Part shown: positions 62,795 through 64,000 of the stretch, piece by piece | Position numbering within the stretch: position 1 is the first letter of the stretch | Layout of the letters: each line of letters starts with the position of its first letter | From: Candidatus Brocadiia bacterium | GTDB lineage: Bacteria > Planctomycetota > Brocadiia > CAIUPP01 | Assembly: GCA_052139675.1 (NCBI GenBank) | Contig: JBKQWE010000026.1 | Location: 2,703 to 66,702 of the forward strand | Direction: 5' to 3' | Length of the DNA: 64,000 bases | The notes under the pieces: model-generated | The model's database searches: none | Told to the model about the DNA's origin: nothing | Seen by the model: only the letters and a program-made list of their open reading frames with translations | Translations under genes and position numbers: made by a program

Positions 62795-64000
62795 ATGGTC
62801 CTGAATACCTGGCGGCATCGGCTCGGGCATGCCCTGAGCGACAGCGCCAGGCGGGCGTTCGACAGGATCGTCAGGTTGGCTACCGCGCCCCACCGTGCTT
62901 ATCGCCTTTGGCGCTCCGCCGGTTCACAGGCCGTATATGACCGTCTGGGGCAGATCATCCGGGCCAAAATCCCCTCGCATCCGCCGACGGTTCTTAAAGC
63001 CCACGGTTCGGTTGACTACCGGCTAGCCTCCATTCCGCCGGTCCCTGACGACCGGCTGCCGGAAATAACCGCCATCGTCGTTACGTTCAATTCCCAGGAC
63101 GTCATCGCCAGTTGCCTGGATTCTTTTTTCCAATCGAAATACCTCGCCGGCCGGTTGAAGGCCGTCGTCGTTGACAATTCGTCCTCCGATGCGAGCGTTT
63201 CGGTCGTAAAGAACTATGCCGCCCGCAACGCCGCCGTGACCCTGATTTCCAACAAGGAGAACGTGGGCTTCGGCCGCGCCGTTAACCAGGCTTTCGAGCA
63301 GGTCGGCGACCGCTATGCGCTGGCGCTCAATCCGGACGCCAGGCTGCACCCGGACTGCCTGCGCACACTCGCGGCGGCGGCCCTGAACTCGGAACCGCAG
63401 GGCTTCTCTCAATGGGAAGCCCGCCAGTTCCCCTATGAGCATCCCAAAGATTACGATCTGATCACTCATGAAACCGAATGGGTTTCGGGCGCCTGTTTTC
63501 TTGTGAGGACTTCGGATTTCCGCTCGATCAACGGCTTCGATCCGGCCTTCTTCCTTTATTGCGAAGACGTGGACCTTTCCTGGCGGCTGCGCCTGGCCGG
63601 CAAGCGTCTGATGTACGTGCCCAAGGCGGTCGTCTATCACAAGGAAGCCGTCAGCCCCCTGGCGATGGGGTTCAAATCCGACATTTTCCTCAGCGTCTCG
63701 CCCTGGCTGCTCACTCACAAATACGGCAACGCGCAGGAACTGCTGATCGCGTACCTCCGATTGCTGAAGCTGGTTTTCTTATCGGTGCGAAGGGGAACAA
63801 TCTGGTTTCTGATCAGCCGCCTGGTGAAGACGCTTCCTGCGCTTCGGAAAACTCTCGTCTGGAGATGTCATAAAAGACGGGAGGCGCGGAAAGCCGGAAT
63901 CGGCTTGCACGGAAAACACCTGGAGGTCCGCCGCGTCGGCGCCGACTTCCGGAGGCGTCCGGTCCGGGAGCCCGCGCGGGTCAGCCTGCTCATCCGCACG
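62795..64000 (+). CDS. family-2 glycosyltransferase (GT-A fold), 3'-truncated by the window edge; absent from the ORF track because no stop codon is reached
   Basis: Manual translation from ATG 62795: ...PEITAIVVTFNSQDVIASCLDS...VVVDNSSSDAS...NKENVGFGRAVNQAFE...LNPDARL...WVSGACFLVRT...FFLYCEDVDLSWRLRLAGKRLMYVP. DxD/ED and GT2 motifs are intact. Frame open to nt 64000. Confidence 0.75.
   Translation, partial: MVLNTWRHRLGHALSDSARRAFDRIVRLATAPHRAYRLWRSAGSQAVYDRLGQIIRAKIPSHPPTVLKAHGSVDYRLASIPPVPDDRLPEITAIVVTFNSQDVIASCLDSFFQSKYLAGRLKAVVVDNSSSDASVSVVKNYAARNAAVTLISNKENVGFGRAVNQAFEQVGDRYALALNPDARLHPDCLRTLAAAALNSEPQGFSQWEARQFPYEHPKDYDLITHETEWVSGACFLVRTSDFRSINGFDPAFFLYCEDVDLSWRLRLAGKRLMYVPKAVVYHKEAVSPLAMGFKSDIFLSVSPWLLTHKYGNAQELLIAYLRLLKLVFLSVRRGTIWFLISRLVKTLPALRKTLVWRCHKRREARKAGIGLHGKHLEVRRVGADFRRRPVREPARVSLLIRT

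Noticed and set aside
63023-63718. Minus-strand ORF of 231 aa
   Set aside because: It lies antisense to the manually translated GT2 glycosyltransferase frame, which has strong family motifs.
1-64000. CRISPR arrays, rRNA genes, IS elements, transposases or integrases
   Set aside because: No direct-repeat/spacer periodicity, no rRNA-like conserved blocks, and no DDE or tyrosine-recombinase motifs were seen on either strand. The only mobile-element signatures are compositional (two low-G+C patches), the tRNA fragment, and the short palindromic repeats.

Overview
The window is 64 kb of high-G+C bacterial DNA (about 65-70% G+C by eye), densely coding, from what looks like an anaerobe. It opens with the 3' end of an acetyl-CoA synthase (A-cluster) gene and contains a three-subunit [FeFe]-hydrogenase operon. 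It also carries many secreted or lipoprotein carbohydrate-active-like genes and envelope-glycan biosynthesis genes (YfhO, GT2, ABC-2 exporter, sulfatase-fold proteins). The taxonomic guess (a PVC-like anaerobe) is speculative. Three things stand out. First, a compositionally foreign islet of about 3.7 kb (27.2-30.9 kb) holds three overlapping genes: a DGQHR-domain protein, an unknown protein, and a Dam-like adenine methyltransferase. This is not a recognised Dnd/Dpd/R-M architecture and is my best candidate for an undescribed defence or R-M-like system. Second, a secreted-protein family of unknown function is present in six copies (a tandem triplet at 5.6-9.7 kb, plus copies at 21, 37 and 43 kb). 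The copies share a ribosome-binding site and upstream motifs, show a domain insertion/deletion, and in two cases precede a uroporphyrinogen-decarboxylase-family (URO-D) gene. Third, a translationally coupled operon links cysD, cysN, a membrane nucleotide-pyrophosphatase-type enzyme and a sulfatase-fold enzyme that has Thr where sulfatases have the formylglycine Cys. Also noted: the hydrogenase has TSCSPGW where the canonical H-cluster motif is TSCCPxW; a palindromic repeat of about 90 nt occurs in three copies; a tRNA-Pro(GGG) 3' fragment abuts a second low-G+C patch with an XRE regulator; one strong sigma70-like promoter is visible; and there is an A/T-rich inverted repeat built from CGTAAT hexamers. 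Many of the long ORFs in the six-frame track are antisense shadow ORFs typical of high-G+C DNA and were rejected.
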